From Nitrospirales bacterium (GTDB taxonomy: Bacteria; Nitrospirota; Nitrospiria; Nitrospirales; UBA8639), in assembly GCA_965203295.1 (NCBI GenBank), contig CBDBCZ010000018.1, positions 1,536,001 through 1,600,000 on the forward strand: a DNA stretch of 64,000 nt, read 5' to 3'. The position numbers and the translations under genes are program-made. Positions 37,289-49,500 of this stretch are shown here, piece by piece. Every line of letters begins with the position of its first letter. The stretch's first letter is position 1. The notes beneath the pieces were generated by a model. The model searched no databases. It had not been told where the DNA came from and was given only the letters and a program-made list of their open reading frames with translations.

Positions 37289-38747
37289 CATTAAAAAGTA
37301 GTTATATATTTTGTCGAACATACCTGTGACCGCAGAAAATGAAAGAGTTAAAAAAAAAAATTAAAAAAGGTAAAAAAGGGGACCAAATAGGTCTTCCCTC
37401 TGTTAAAAAAACGTTCAGAGAAAATCGCACCTTCCCAGCTTAACCATAAGGTCTTACTGAGACCAGCAGGAGCCTCCTACAAAAAGTTGAAAAGGCCTAA
37501 AAACTTATGAAACTTAATTAAAAAATTGTAAGAGCTGCCCCAAACCAAGCTGCCCCCCACAAAGAAACGTTCTTAGGAAAGGTAGAAAATTGAAAACCTG
37601 CTATAAAACATAACTAATCAACACCAATAACAAAAAGATCTGAACTAGTCTGAATGCCTGACCTTGAGAGTCAGGGATGGTGTGTTAAAGAGTTTTTAAT
37701 GGTGCCAACTCTCCCCACTCATTCAGTGCATGCTCCTATATTTGCAGATTGTTCCACGACCACAAGGTAGTGTGTATAAACTCACTGTTAGGTTCTACTA
37801 CTCGTTGGGTATACCCATGTATACCCACGTTAAGTTAACCCATGTAGACCCACGTTACCCATGTTTACCCAAGTTAACCCATGTCAGTGTTTATCCTTCT
37901 TGACTTTTTAACAGTACCCTGCAATCACTGACGAAGCAATCTAATTTAAACAACCGTGTTTACCTTGTTTACCAGTAAACAGGACGGACACTGTAAATAC
38001 ACGGTCTTATATCTAGCCAGATCAGGCAAAATGTTCCAGCTAAGAGAACGTTTCGCCAGCCTGGACAAAATGGCCAGGAAATGTCCCGGCCTGGTAAATG
38101 TTCCGGGAAGAAGTGGCCGGCTCAGCTGCAGCTAGCCCCGCCCCTCCTAACCGCACCCACCATTCTATTTTGTAGGTGACCTAAGTGGAGCGCAAAAGTG
38201 GGCCGAGCCAGTTTGCCGCGGCAAATTGTCCTGGTCTCAATACTGGGAACACTGGCATGGATAACATGCCATACAGGCGGACCATTTTTTCCGAAAAATT
38301 GGTCCGGGGAACCGATTTTCCACTGAAAATTTCGGTCCGGGGGGGGGGGGGGGGGGGCAAAATTTTCAGGACCAAAATTGCAGTGACAGTATTGCTCGCT
38401 CACAATGCACTGCATTCTGCGTAAGCCTAGGCCTAGTTATAATTTTTCAACTTCTTACAGCTAGAACTCACCATCTCTTGCTTTAGCTCAACCTCGAAGG
38501 CGGGAGATCAGAAACTTGTCCTTGTTTTTCACCACGAGGATCGTATTAAAACGCACGTGCGTGATGACACCGCTCTGTAAGCGTAGCCGTTCGTACTACG
38601 TGTGAAGCAAAAAAACTGAAGCTGTAGAAAAAAAATCTCTTCTACGTATGTTCTTGATTGAAGGGTTTACTGAAGTTTCAAAGAAGATAACTTTTCTTCA
38701 TGCATCATTGAAGGATGCATGTGAAGGCCACCAGTTATGTGTAGAGT

Positions 38748-38850
38748 TAGCCTCGAACCCAGGCCTTCCACGCAGATTTTTTCGCAGCCGTGGCAAAATT
38801 TTTGCCACGGCTGCGAAAAAATCTGCGTAGAAGGCCTGGGTTCGAGGCTA
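38748..38850. mobile_element. 103-bp palindromic Academ-type MITE
   Basis: TAGCCTCGAACCCAGGCC...GGCCTGGGTTCGAGGCTA with perfect 9-bp TSD gtgtagagt (38739-47 and 38851-59). Confidence 0.88.
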
Positions 38851-39389
38851 GTGTAGAGTTACACATAACACTCCAGGTGCCCCGCCCCCACGTTTGTCAA
38901 TATGCAATATGCAATGCGTAGTCAGCTATTATCTATTATCTATTAGCTATTATCCTCAGAAACACAGCTGCCGACCAATCAGTTGCTGCCGCTGCAATGC
39001 CGCAGCGTATAGTACAAGCGAAACCCATAATCAAGTTGCCTTAGTGGGGAGTATAAAAGGCGGCCATGCACCCTTGCACTTCGGTCACCTCGCAGAGTTC
39101 ATCGCTGTGAGTACATGCAAAATGTGTTTGGGAAGACACTAGAGTACGGCCGAGTTGGCTTCTCTGGTGCAGCCATTTATTGGCTGTCAGCCGGTGGCCA
39201 GACCCAGTACCCTTTGGGGTGCGCAAAAAGGTCTGGTCGAATGCTGGTCGCTTCTTTCGGGAAGCCCGGTTGAGGTTGGTAAGAGTGGAAGGAAAACTTC
39301 CACCGTGGTCCTTCCTGATGGGAGACCGAACCGGGGCATGTGGCCTCAGTTCCTGATAGTCCCTTGGGAGGAATCCCTGGCCAGTTTAG

Positions 39390-41103
39390 CATGTACATGC
39401 ATGCTTAAAAAGCAGCACACAGTTTGCAATGTTTTGCTCCCAAACTCGGGTGCTGAACCTCAATGAGTTGCCGAAACGCTCTAACTGCAACCTACTGAAG
39501 TTCAGCACCCGGACTCGTAATCACTTGTCTAACTGCAACATATGTAGGACGTCAGTAAGTATAAATAGGGACGATCTAGCTATACTGTCCAGGTTTGCCA
39601 ACATTGTATTGTTAGGGGTTAGGGTTAGGCTCAGGGTTAGAGTTAAAAGGACGTTCACAGGCCCCGCAACATAAAATTTTGCATAAAATCTGTATTTTCT
39701 ACAACGCTTCAGAAAGTCTATTGCCCGAGGAAGTAAGACTATACTTCCAATTGGATTACTCAATCGTTGCTTGATCATTTTTATATTAACTTTTTCATAC
39801 TCTGAAAAAGTTTTTTTTCCAACCATGATACAAGCCTTAATTTCAACCTCCCTACTAGGTCATAGGAACCTTCCTACCTAGTTATAAGCATACTTAGCAC
39901 ACACTCACACACTAAATAATTACTACCACAATCCATAATAATATTTGTGATCATTATAATAAAAGAGAGAATTGTACACTCAGTGACAACCATGTATATA
40001 TATATATGCATGTAATGATGTGCACAGAAGACATTACAACAATTGCCAGTTCAGTTTCCTAAAAATTTTGCCATTGCACTTGCTTACTTTTCTTTGCTAT
40101 ATCTGACCTAAAGGAAAGAAATACACTAATTTTATCAATGCTAAAATAATATCATGACAATGAGGTATATATATAGGAATATTTTAATGCTGCAGATTAC
40201 CATGTTTCATTTTTGTTAGCTGGGTGTGTAGAAAGTGTGTGCCCGACCAGTAAGATCTTAGACTACTAGTTTGTGGAACTTATCGTTATGCAAGAAGTAT
40301 GTCTTACATTACCAGTTTACTAGTGCTACTGTAGCCACTTACGCAAGCATGGACTGAGACCCTCCGCTGAGGACTATGTAGGCCGCCTGTGAAGCCTTTT
40401 GCTTGGTCTGCAGCATGGCCAATGTATTTAGAGGGGTGTCCACAGAGCTCGACTCCTTCATAAACTATCAAATAGAGACACATAAAATGTGTTCAACATC
40501 ACTGGATCGTAATATATTACACAGAAATGAGCATAGATTTAAAAAAAAAGTATTCAAAAATGAAAGAGCAGGTAGAAATGAAACGTAAAGTAACCGAACA
40601 AGGTACCACAGAACTTTCACGGATTACCATTCCAATAACACACGCCACCATCCCCTCCATGCCACGCACATCACGCAGTTTTCCGTGCAGGTCTTCATTT
40701 AGCTGCGCTCTTAGAGTGACTGTGCATTTGTAGGTTTGTAGCATATCAAGTGAGAAGTGTCATATTCTCTACTGTATGGAGGAGTCAATGTATTTGCTAA
40801 TAGATAATTTTTAATTGTTTCTATGCAGTTGTGACTCATGCAGGGGTCTGGCTAATGGTGACAGTAGTTGTCTGTGAGGCAGGGAGCACTATGTAGATAT
40901 ATAGTGCATGTAGCAGTGTAGGATATGCTGTACATGTAGTGTCGGTTGTGAACTATGTATATCCTATATTGTGAATATGGCTGGTGGGATTGCGGTGGGC
41001 AATGATGCTGATGAACATGGTAATTATGGTGTGCTGAAGGGAGTGTTCAGTATGAGTGCAAGTTACTGCTAAGGATAAATTCCAGTGTGTAGTCTGGTGC
41101 CTT
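39390..41103. repeat. Dispersed duplication, copy 2 (lacks the P-like insertion and 15929-19704)
   Basis: Junctions at ~40227 and ~40803 join segments that are separated in copy 1. Confidence 0.85.
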
Positions 41104-41109
41104 AGTTTA

Positions 41110-44100
41110 TGCGTTTGTATAATGGTATTGAAAATGCTGTATATGTATGAACACAAACGCTCACAAAGACAGCAACTCACCCAAAAAATGATTTATATCA
41201 AGGTATTGAAAATGCAGTGTATACATCTTGTCAGAAATTTTCAAAAGGAGCAGAAACGTGCCCGAATTTTAAAAACAACTGGGAAGATGCTGTCCCTGTT
41301 CAAGGACAATGTTTGTCAGGTACATTAACTTGTAGGCCTTGTCTGCTATTGGATATGACCTTAACTGGGAATCTTGGTACATGTTTTGCAGTTTTTTGTG
41401 GAGGTACTACATCAGAAGAAGGGTTTCATTTTGATGGCAGACAAAAAAGAACCATTCTTAGACTATCAGGTGCTTGTGTAGAATCCTCATGTTGTGAAAT
41501 GCAGAGTTTCCTTGCAAGGTCTAGCATTCGAAATGCAGTTTATATGCCCTATCAGAAACGCTTACAACTAGTAGCTGCTCTGCATGCACAAAGAGCAGCA
41601 ACTCATCCAAAAAATGATTTATATCAAGGTATTGAAAATGCAGTGTATATGTCTTGTCAGAAATTTTCAAAAGGAGCAGAAACGTGCCCGAATTTTAAAA
41701 ACAATAATTTGGCATATTATAAAAGTGTTGAAAATGTAGGATATATCTCTTGTCAGAAACGTTAAAAAGATCAGAAACTTTTCAAAAATTCAAACACAAT
41801 GACATAAGATATAAAGATATTGAAAATACGGAGTGTATATCTTGTCAGAAACGCTTACAGAGAATAAAAACGTGCTCAAAATTCGAAAAACGATGACTTA
41901 GCATAACCTGGCATAGAAAATGCAGTGTATATTCTCATCAGAAACGCTCACAACGAGCTGAAACGCCCCTAAAATTTAAACACAATGTTTTAGTATAAAC
42001 TAATGTATAAATATTCAGTTGAATAATTGAAAATGCACTTCATGTATCTTGTCAAAAATGTTCACAAAGTGTAGAAACGCTCCTGAAATCATTTTGGCTC
42101 TAATGGTATAATAGTGAAAATGTAGTACAAGTATCTAGTCAAAAAAGATTACTAATTTCTAAGAGCTAAACTGTTCCCAAAATTCAAACACAATGATTTA
42201 GGATACAAAGCTACTGAAAGTGCAGTGGATATATCTGGTCAGAAACGCTTACAAAGAGCAAAAACGCTCCCGAACTTCAAACACTATGATTTAGCATATA
42301 ATGGCATTAAAAAAATACAGTGTTACATATATCTTGTCAGAAACGATCTCAAAATTCCAACATAGCGAAATTGCAATTAAAGGAATTGAAAATGCAGTGC
42401 ATGTACCTTGAATGTTATAAATGATTACAAAGAGCAGAATGCTTTCGAAATTCAAAAACAATGATTTAGCACATAAAGAAATAAATTGAAAATGCTGTGT
42501 ATATATCTTGCATAAACGGTCACGAAGACTACAAACTTTCTGAAGTTCAAGCTCAATGATTTCGCATATAAAAGACGGTGTATATATATATATTGTCAGT
42601 AAATTAAATGCTTACTAAGAGCAGAAATGCTCCCTAATTTTGAACGCAATGAATTTGCATACAGAACTTTTGAAAATGCAGCATGCATGTCTTGTCATGA
42701 ACGCTTACAAATAGCAGAAATGCTCCCAATTTTCAAATACAATGGTTTAGCCTATGTAATTATTGAAAATGCAGTCGTCAGAAAAGCTCATAATGAGCAG
42801 AAACCTTCCCGAAATGTAAGTACAATGACACAGTATAAAAACGCATGCATTCGAAATGCAGTTTATATGTCCTATCAGAAACGCTTACAACTAGTAGAAG
42901 CTTTCCGAAAGGTTCAAAAAGTATTGAAAATGTAGTTTATGTATGTTGTCACAAACGCTAACATAGAGCAGGAACGCTCCCAAAATTCAAACACAATAGT
43001 TAGCATATAATGGCATTGAAAATGCAGTGTTAATATCGCGTCAGAATCGCTTACGGAGAGCAGAAATGCTCCCGATATATAACCACGATCATTTAGCATA
43101 TAGTGTATTGAAGATTCGGTGGACATTATAATCATGTCAGAAAACGCTGCATGAAAACGACGCGACTGAATTTCAAACCATATAAGGGTATTTAAAATGC
43201 AGTGTACATGTCAGAAACGTTCATAACAAGTAGAAACATCCCAAAAATTCAAACACAATGATTGAACATATAATGCTATTGCTAATGTAGTGTATATATG
43301 TTGTCACAAACGCTTACAAAGAGCAGCAACACTCTCAAAATTCAAACACAATGATATAGAGTAAGGCATTGGAAATGTAGTGCATGTGTTTTGTCAGAAA
43401 TGCTTACGAAGAGCAGAAACGTTCCCGAAATTTAAAACACAATGCTTCAGCATGATATAATTGTAGTGAAATGCTGTGTATTATAGTCTTGTTATAGAAA
43501 CGCTTGAAATGAGCAGAAACGTTCCCAAAGTATAAACGCAATGGTTTAGCATACAAGGGTATTGAAAATAAAGTGTATATATCTCGACAGAAACATGCAC
43601 AATGAGCAGAAACGTTCCCGAAATTAAAATGCAAAGATTTAGGATAAAATGGTATAAAATGCAGTGTGTTTGTCCTGTCAAAAACGCTGACAAAGAGCGA
43701 AACTTTCCCCAAAGTCAAACACAGTAATTTTGCCTATCATGGTTTTTAAATGCAGTGCATGTATCGTATCAGAAAGTTTTATAAGAGGTACAATCATTCC
43801 CGAAATTGAAACTCAAATATTAGGATATGAAACAAGTATTGGAAGTATGCTGGTTATGTCTCTTATCAGAAGCTCTGAAAAGATGAGACGCTCCCAAATT
43901 CAAACGCGTCTACGTAAGTTCATCATACAACACAGAAAAATTTCTCTCCCTTCTCTTCGTATGCGATGTTGTGTGTATGGGCATGTACGTGTGTCTAACT
44001 TACTGTGTAAAACACATGTACATGATTGTCCATATACACTAACACAAAATTTATTAAAAAGGTGATTAATTCCTTCAAAAACTGTAAATATGTACAGTTG

Positions 44101-44163
44101 CTGTCAGATTGTAAACTATTTGTAGGTATATATCATTTAAATGTCAAGTGTATTATTTATAGC
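41110..44163 (+). repeat. ~93-bp-unit degenerate array plus its unique downstream flank (same as 200-5037 and 61750-64000)
   Basis: ORF 43730..44065 matches 4787..5005. 41279-41435 is the reverse complement of 1-158. Confidence 0.9.
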
Positions 44164-44343
44164 TCAGGGTCGCCGTCCAGCAGCCGGCTGGAGCTCCCCG
44201 GCTGCTGGACGGCGACCCTGAGGAGATTGCAGGGCGGGGCTGGTTCAGGACGACCCCTGACCTCCCGGGACATCCGGTGACGTGTTTTGATGGATTTTTG
44301 ATGTGTGCGGCTAATAAATAGCAGGTGTTAGCGTCTAACTTCA

Positions 44344-44391
44344 CTTTCGCCCTGAAGAAGACTAGAGCATCTAGTCGAAACGTCGGCAAAG
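44344..44391 (+). ncRNA. Minimal type I hammerhead ribozyme motif, Penelope-like-element type
   Basis: ctttcgcc-CTGAAGA-a-gactaga-gca-tctagtc-GAAA-cGTC-ggcaaag: core boxes, a 7-bp stem II, stem I closing arms and a very short palindromic stem III. Confidence 0.65.
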
Positions 44392-44532
44392 TTTCTTTCC
44401 GAGTTAGTTGGTATTCAGAGAACTTTCCTTTAGTATGCAAGAGCCAACTGAGAAGCCCCCTCTTCATGCCTTATATATTGACTCCAGTTGCCCTGGATAA
44501 CAATTTGTTGCTTTTAATTCTTCTTTAACCAG

Positions 44533-44840
44533 GATAGTGAAGATCTCGATGCCAAGATATCAGGTGGCATTTCAACACCGTACCTGATTCAGTTTGGCAG
44601 TGCATGGACATGCAGTTCTTCCTTGTCGCGGAGAAAGAACTGTTGGCTGAGTTGCCTTCGCTGTACAAGGCCATTGTTGCCCTTATAGCAGTGTATTATG
44701 TTTTCGACATTGCCTATCCCACACCATGTATGAACACACTTTCTTTTATGGAACGCTTCCTGCTTGGAATAACAAATGGGACAAAGTTCAGCAAAACACT
44801 TGTTGGTACCATTTAATTTAGTGATATTGACAAATGTTAG
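44533..44840 (+). pseudogene. C-terminal exon of a SAMD3-like / CACTA(EnSpm) accessory-protein family gene
   Basis: After a cag acceptor: ..STPYLIQFG (frameshift) DMQFFLVAEKELLAELPSLYKAIVALIAVYYVFDIAYP...FMERFLLGI. The A..L.A.YY.F.I.YP...F....LG pattern is typical of this family. Confidence 0.5.
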
Positions 44841-45881
44841 TTTGTACCATTTATTTACCTGCCACCCGGCTTAATGCTTTTGTATCTTTAGTTTGAAACA
44901 CTTTAGTTGACATGTAAATGCACTGTACGCATTCTTTTGTAGTTCTAATGTATACTTGCCGTACAGGTGTTGCTATAGCATTAGTTTTGGAACCACCCTA
45001 GTATTCATTCTGCTACTTCAAGTCGAGAAACACGGCCTCAATACTAAAACTCAAGACTAACAATGGGTAGAATATCTCCCCTAATTCAAACACAATGATT
45101 AAGCATATAAAGATATTGAAAATGTAGACGAGTGTCTATGTTGTCGAAAACGCTTACAATGACAACGAAACACTCCCGAAATTATACTAACAATAATTAT
45201 AAAGGTCACAAAATGCAGTGTATACAATTTGTCAGAAACGTTCACAACGAGCACAAACGTCCCCGAAATTCAAGCACAGCGATTGAGCATAATATTGATG
45301 TTATTGTAAATGCAGTACTGTAGTGTTACAGTATCTATTTTGTCACAAACGCTTACAAAGTAACAGACCTACCAGCTATCACATGTTAGTCATAGAACAA
45401 AGATAGCCATTGTTGTAATTGTTACAAAATATTAGTGTCAGACACCATTGTTTGGAAGACAGTATAAATAGTCCGTTGCATTTTGTGCATGTGAGTGATG
45501 TGATGTGTATACGTGCTACACTGGATACTGGAGTTGAGTTCTATATTATACTGAAGTTGAGTTTTGCGAAGAACCCGGCCCGCGACAAATGGGGGAGAAA
45601 TATCGAGCTGTTGACAGCACAATTTGCCGAACTGCGGCATAAAATTCTAGGGGCCCCTAATATTCTGGGGCCCCCCCGGGCCTAAAATTTTAAAATTCTA
45701 GGGCCCCCTCTCGCTCTTTAGGGCCCCCCCTAGAATATTGTAGTGCAAGTGACGAACGTGAGATTTAGAATAATACAAGCTAAGTACGGCATAAAAGTGA
45801 ATGTTAGATTGTGAAAATAGTGCAAGCAGAGTATCATAAAGTGCAAGACATAATTTAATACATGTATTGACAAGACATAAT

Positions 45882-46076
45882 TTATACTGAATCTAGAGTA
45901 AGACACCCAGTGTAGTGTAGTTGGTCATCTACAATGACAAAGTACTGCGCTCGTTTTCTCAGAGCTCGTTTGTCATCTTTAGAAAATGCTGAAGGATATT
46001 GCTTGTTGCTGACATAGTCATGAAGGGTCTTGAAGGTGAATCTTCCATCTGCTTTTGGGTCTGCTTCTGAGTCCAT
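45882..46076 (-). pseudogene. Ginger1/GIN1-like integrase N-terminal fragment (YPYY-type motif)
   Basis: LHDYVSNKQYPSAFSKDDKRALRKRAQYFVIVDDQLHY; no integrase core follows. Confidence 0.6.
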
Positions 46077-46574
46077 GATCAGCGCTTGAATGATGAATAT
46101 GTGTAGACCTAGCTGATCTCAATTTATACTCTCGCTGTGCCATGTCTCGACAGCTCTTGACATCCTACCTGGGATAACCTACCGCTATTAAACTTTCTTT
46201 GTAGATCCTGGGATAACTACGGTGGCCGATAGAGCCCTGCCAGCTGCCGATTTTCAACTTCCAACTTCCAACTTCCAACTTCCAGCTTCCAGCTTCTAAC
46301 TTCCAACTTCCTACTTCCAACTTCCAACTCCCAACTTCCTACTTCCTACTTCAGTTCGCTGAGGCAGGTGTTAATTGTACTAATAAATTACGCATGCGCA
46401 CTGCACGCGACGGCACTTTGACTCGCAGGATGTCAAACGCTAGCGCTACTGCAAGGAAAGAGACGGGCAGAGATGCAAGTAAGGAGAGATTGCACATGCT
46501 GCATTGTAATTGTAATAAAAGACGCTGTCCCTCCAGACTATCTTATTTTAAAACTCATAGTTTTTTTTTGTCAG

Positions 46575-49500
46575 CAATTGCCAAGTATACATTCAGCAAG
46601 CCAAAGAAAGAAAAATGCAGCTCAGGAAACCGAAAGGTGGAACCGAAAAGAAGACAGAACAGTTTCAGGTACGTGAATAAACTTGCCTATAACATAAAAC
46701 TGTCTGCGTTGGTGGATTTTAAAAATGGAAAGGTGTTAATATTTAATAGGCAATATTATTCACAATTTAGCGAAGTGCAGATCAAAGGATTTGACACCAC
46801 TCCTCCGAAATGAATAATATTACATGTACATCGAGTATATATGCAACAGTAGATAATATACTATGATAGCAACATACAGCTGTGTATAAACATGCACTAG
46901 TAAAAAAGATGGATTGATGTGTAATGGGTTGTCTCTTTGTACGCCATGTGCACATTTATGTGCCCATATGAAATAGAAAAACATGTACTTTATATAATAT
47001 AAAAAGGCCAGTATAAATTCACATTAGCCTTATGGATGTATTAAAATTTGGCTGGGAAAGAGATAGTATAGTAACGTCTTTATAATTATTACTTCTAGTG
47101 GGCAGCTAGTTATAATAAAGTATTAGTACGACAGTAGTGTAAGCCAGCTGTCAGTAGTTCTGGTCTCCCTCTCAGTATAGTCTCTGCTGATTCCATGCAT
47201 GGGTGCATGCTGATGTATGGCCAATGTACATGTACAAATGTTGTTTTGCCACATTTGTTGTGTGCACTCCTGCTGGTACTTGCAAAGCTGGTACATTCAC
47301 ACTGGCTTGATGCTAATACTTGGCAATGCAGTCTTGGTCTCTACCTTCATTTATAGCAGTGCAATTATAGCTGCACAGACAGATCTCAATTTACGGCCAA
47401 TCTAATACTGCATGTGAGAGTTGCCTCTGCTAGTCTGCTTACCCTTGTATAATTGGGGCAAGCCTTAATTTGCGATCCCCATGCACACTAGCAGGTTGGC
47501 AAGTGTTCAGCTATACCTACACTTTGTTGCATGGGTATTCCTTCGATCTGCCCAACACTTCTCACCAATAAGTTTATATACAGGGTGTGATATTTTCATG
47601 CTAACTTCATTCCTTTATCTACTTCCTTCCAAATTCATCCTTCCAACTTCTACCTTCCATCTACTTCCTTCCAACTTCATCCTTCCTACTTCTACCTTCC
47701 ATCTACTTCCTTCCAACTTCATCCTACCAACTTCTACCTTCCATCTACTTCCTCCCAACTTCTACCTTCCATTTACTTTTCATTCCAACTTCATCCTTCC
47801 AACTTCCTCCTAATTTTATCTTTCAATTCCATTGCAGCATTGTATGTATATGTATATATATATGTATATATCATATAGCATATTCTTCTGTAGAGTCAAA
47901 TAATTATTTAACTTGTACTTAACTTTAGATCACTGTTGGCCGGATGACTGAATACGAGAGTCGGCGCAAACGACCAATGCTAGACCGAGCATTTGGCACC
48001 AGAAAAATCTTTATCTTCAAGGAAGCCTCATACAAGCGTGTTCTGGAAAAGTGTCGCAGTGCTGTATTTCCTGAAACAGAAGAGGGTGCTGAATATTATT
48101 TGGCTGACTCTGGTGGGGTTAGGGTTGAAAACACGCTGATAATTGATGAACCAGATGGCAGGGATCGGGAGCTACCATGGACGCTTGAAAGTTACCTGCA
48201 AGTGTCACGAATCAAATACCAATCAAAGGCTAGATTCAATGTGGTCAAGAGGAAGGTTTCTATTGGTAAGCTGTTGGGGAAACGAACCTTGCTATGTACG
48301 TTGTTAATCATTGGGTTAAGTCATTTATAGGTGATGAAGAACAGACAACAACTCACGATCTGACAGAGGATACAACTCCCGCAGTGGCTGAAGGAGCACA
48401 AGAGAAGCAGCTTCCAACAACCACACCAACTGCGGTCAAGCCCACATCTGTTCCAGGCATAGCAACAATCCAACCTTCCCCTGCTTCTCTCAGGCCACCT
48501 ACACCCACAGCTAGTGAATCTGAGCCAATGGACATAGTCCCGGATGAAGGTATTGCTAGTGGTAAGCTAATGTCAGATAGATTTAATTTAAATGCTTGCA
48601 TGTGTTTGATTCTTGTAGGAAAAACAGCTGTTACACTACCCCTTTTTCTGGTGATGAAGAGGAGTCCATATTCTGTGAAGTTTTCAGCCATTAATCAGAT
48701 TTCACAAGCTGATGTTCTTGGGTTCTACCAAGAATCTGATGTGGATTTAAAACACGAAGTCCAAGAAGCCATCATCACTTTTCAAAGTCCGTTTGCGCTA
48801 GTGAGGCCTGAAAATCCATGTCACATATGGGCGTTTACTTTTCAGCTCTTGAGCGAGGTAATAGCTATCTCTTATACGACTTCTATTAAACTGTATCACT
48901 GATGTGGCTTTTTATCTGCAAAACTAAAGGTTATACTTCTTTGATTAGCACTATTACTACATAGTTATGGTTGTATTGCAACATCTGTATGTTTGTGTAT
49001 GTAGGGGATGACATCCTGGATTTCATCGATACCATTAATTTGGAGACTGGGGAAGTCAAGTACAAAGGCCCCAATAAGGTCATACTGCATGTCTCTCATT
49101 TCTGTCCAGCCATGGGTTTATATGCACTTCGTTATTTACCTCGTGATGCGTATATGCAAGCGGGGTAAGAAATTAGTTTTCTCCATCTGGTGTTCGTTGT
49201 GTGTCATCTAAAAAATGTTTTCATAACATGCGATTCATCACTGAGTGGCTATAACAGTTTCAAAGCAGGAGATTTACAATTACTGAATTCGTAGTGGTAA
49301 AGCTTACTACTGTAAAACTGTTTGAATTTTGACTGTAATTCACTGTATCTCAGTATTGACGTAAAGCATGCAGTGCAGGGTATGTCTTCTTTGAAGACCT
49401 AGTTTTTCCTAGTCTCGCGGGCCAGCCCACTTCCGCTTAGAGGGAAGGTGGTCTGGGGAGCTGCCATACTGGCATACGTCCTGCCGGAATTTAATTAGTT

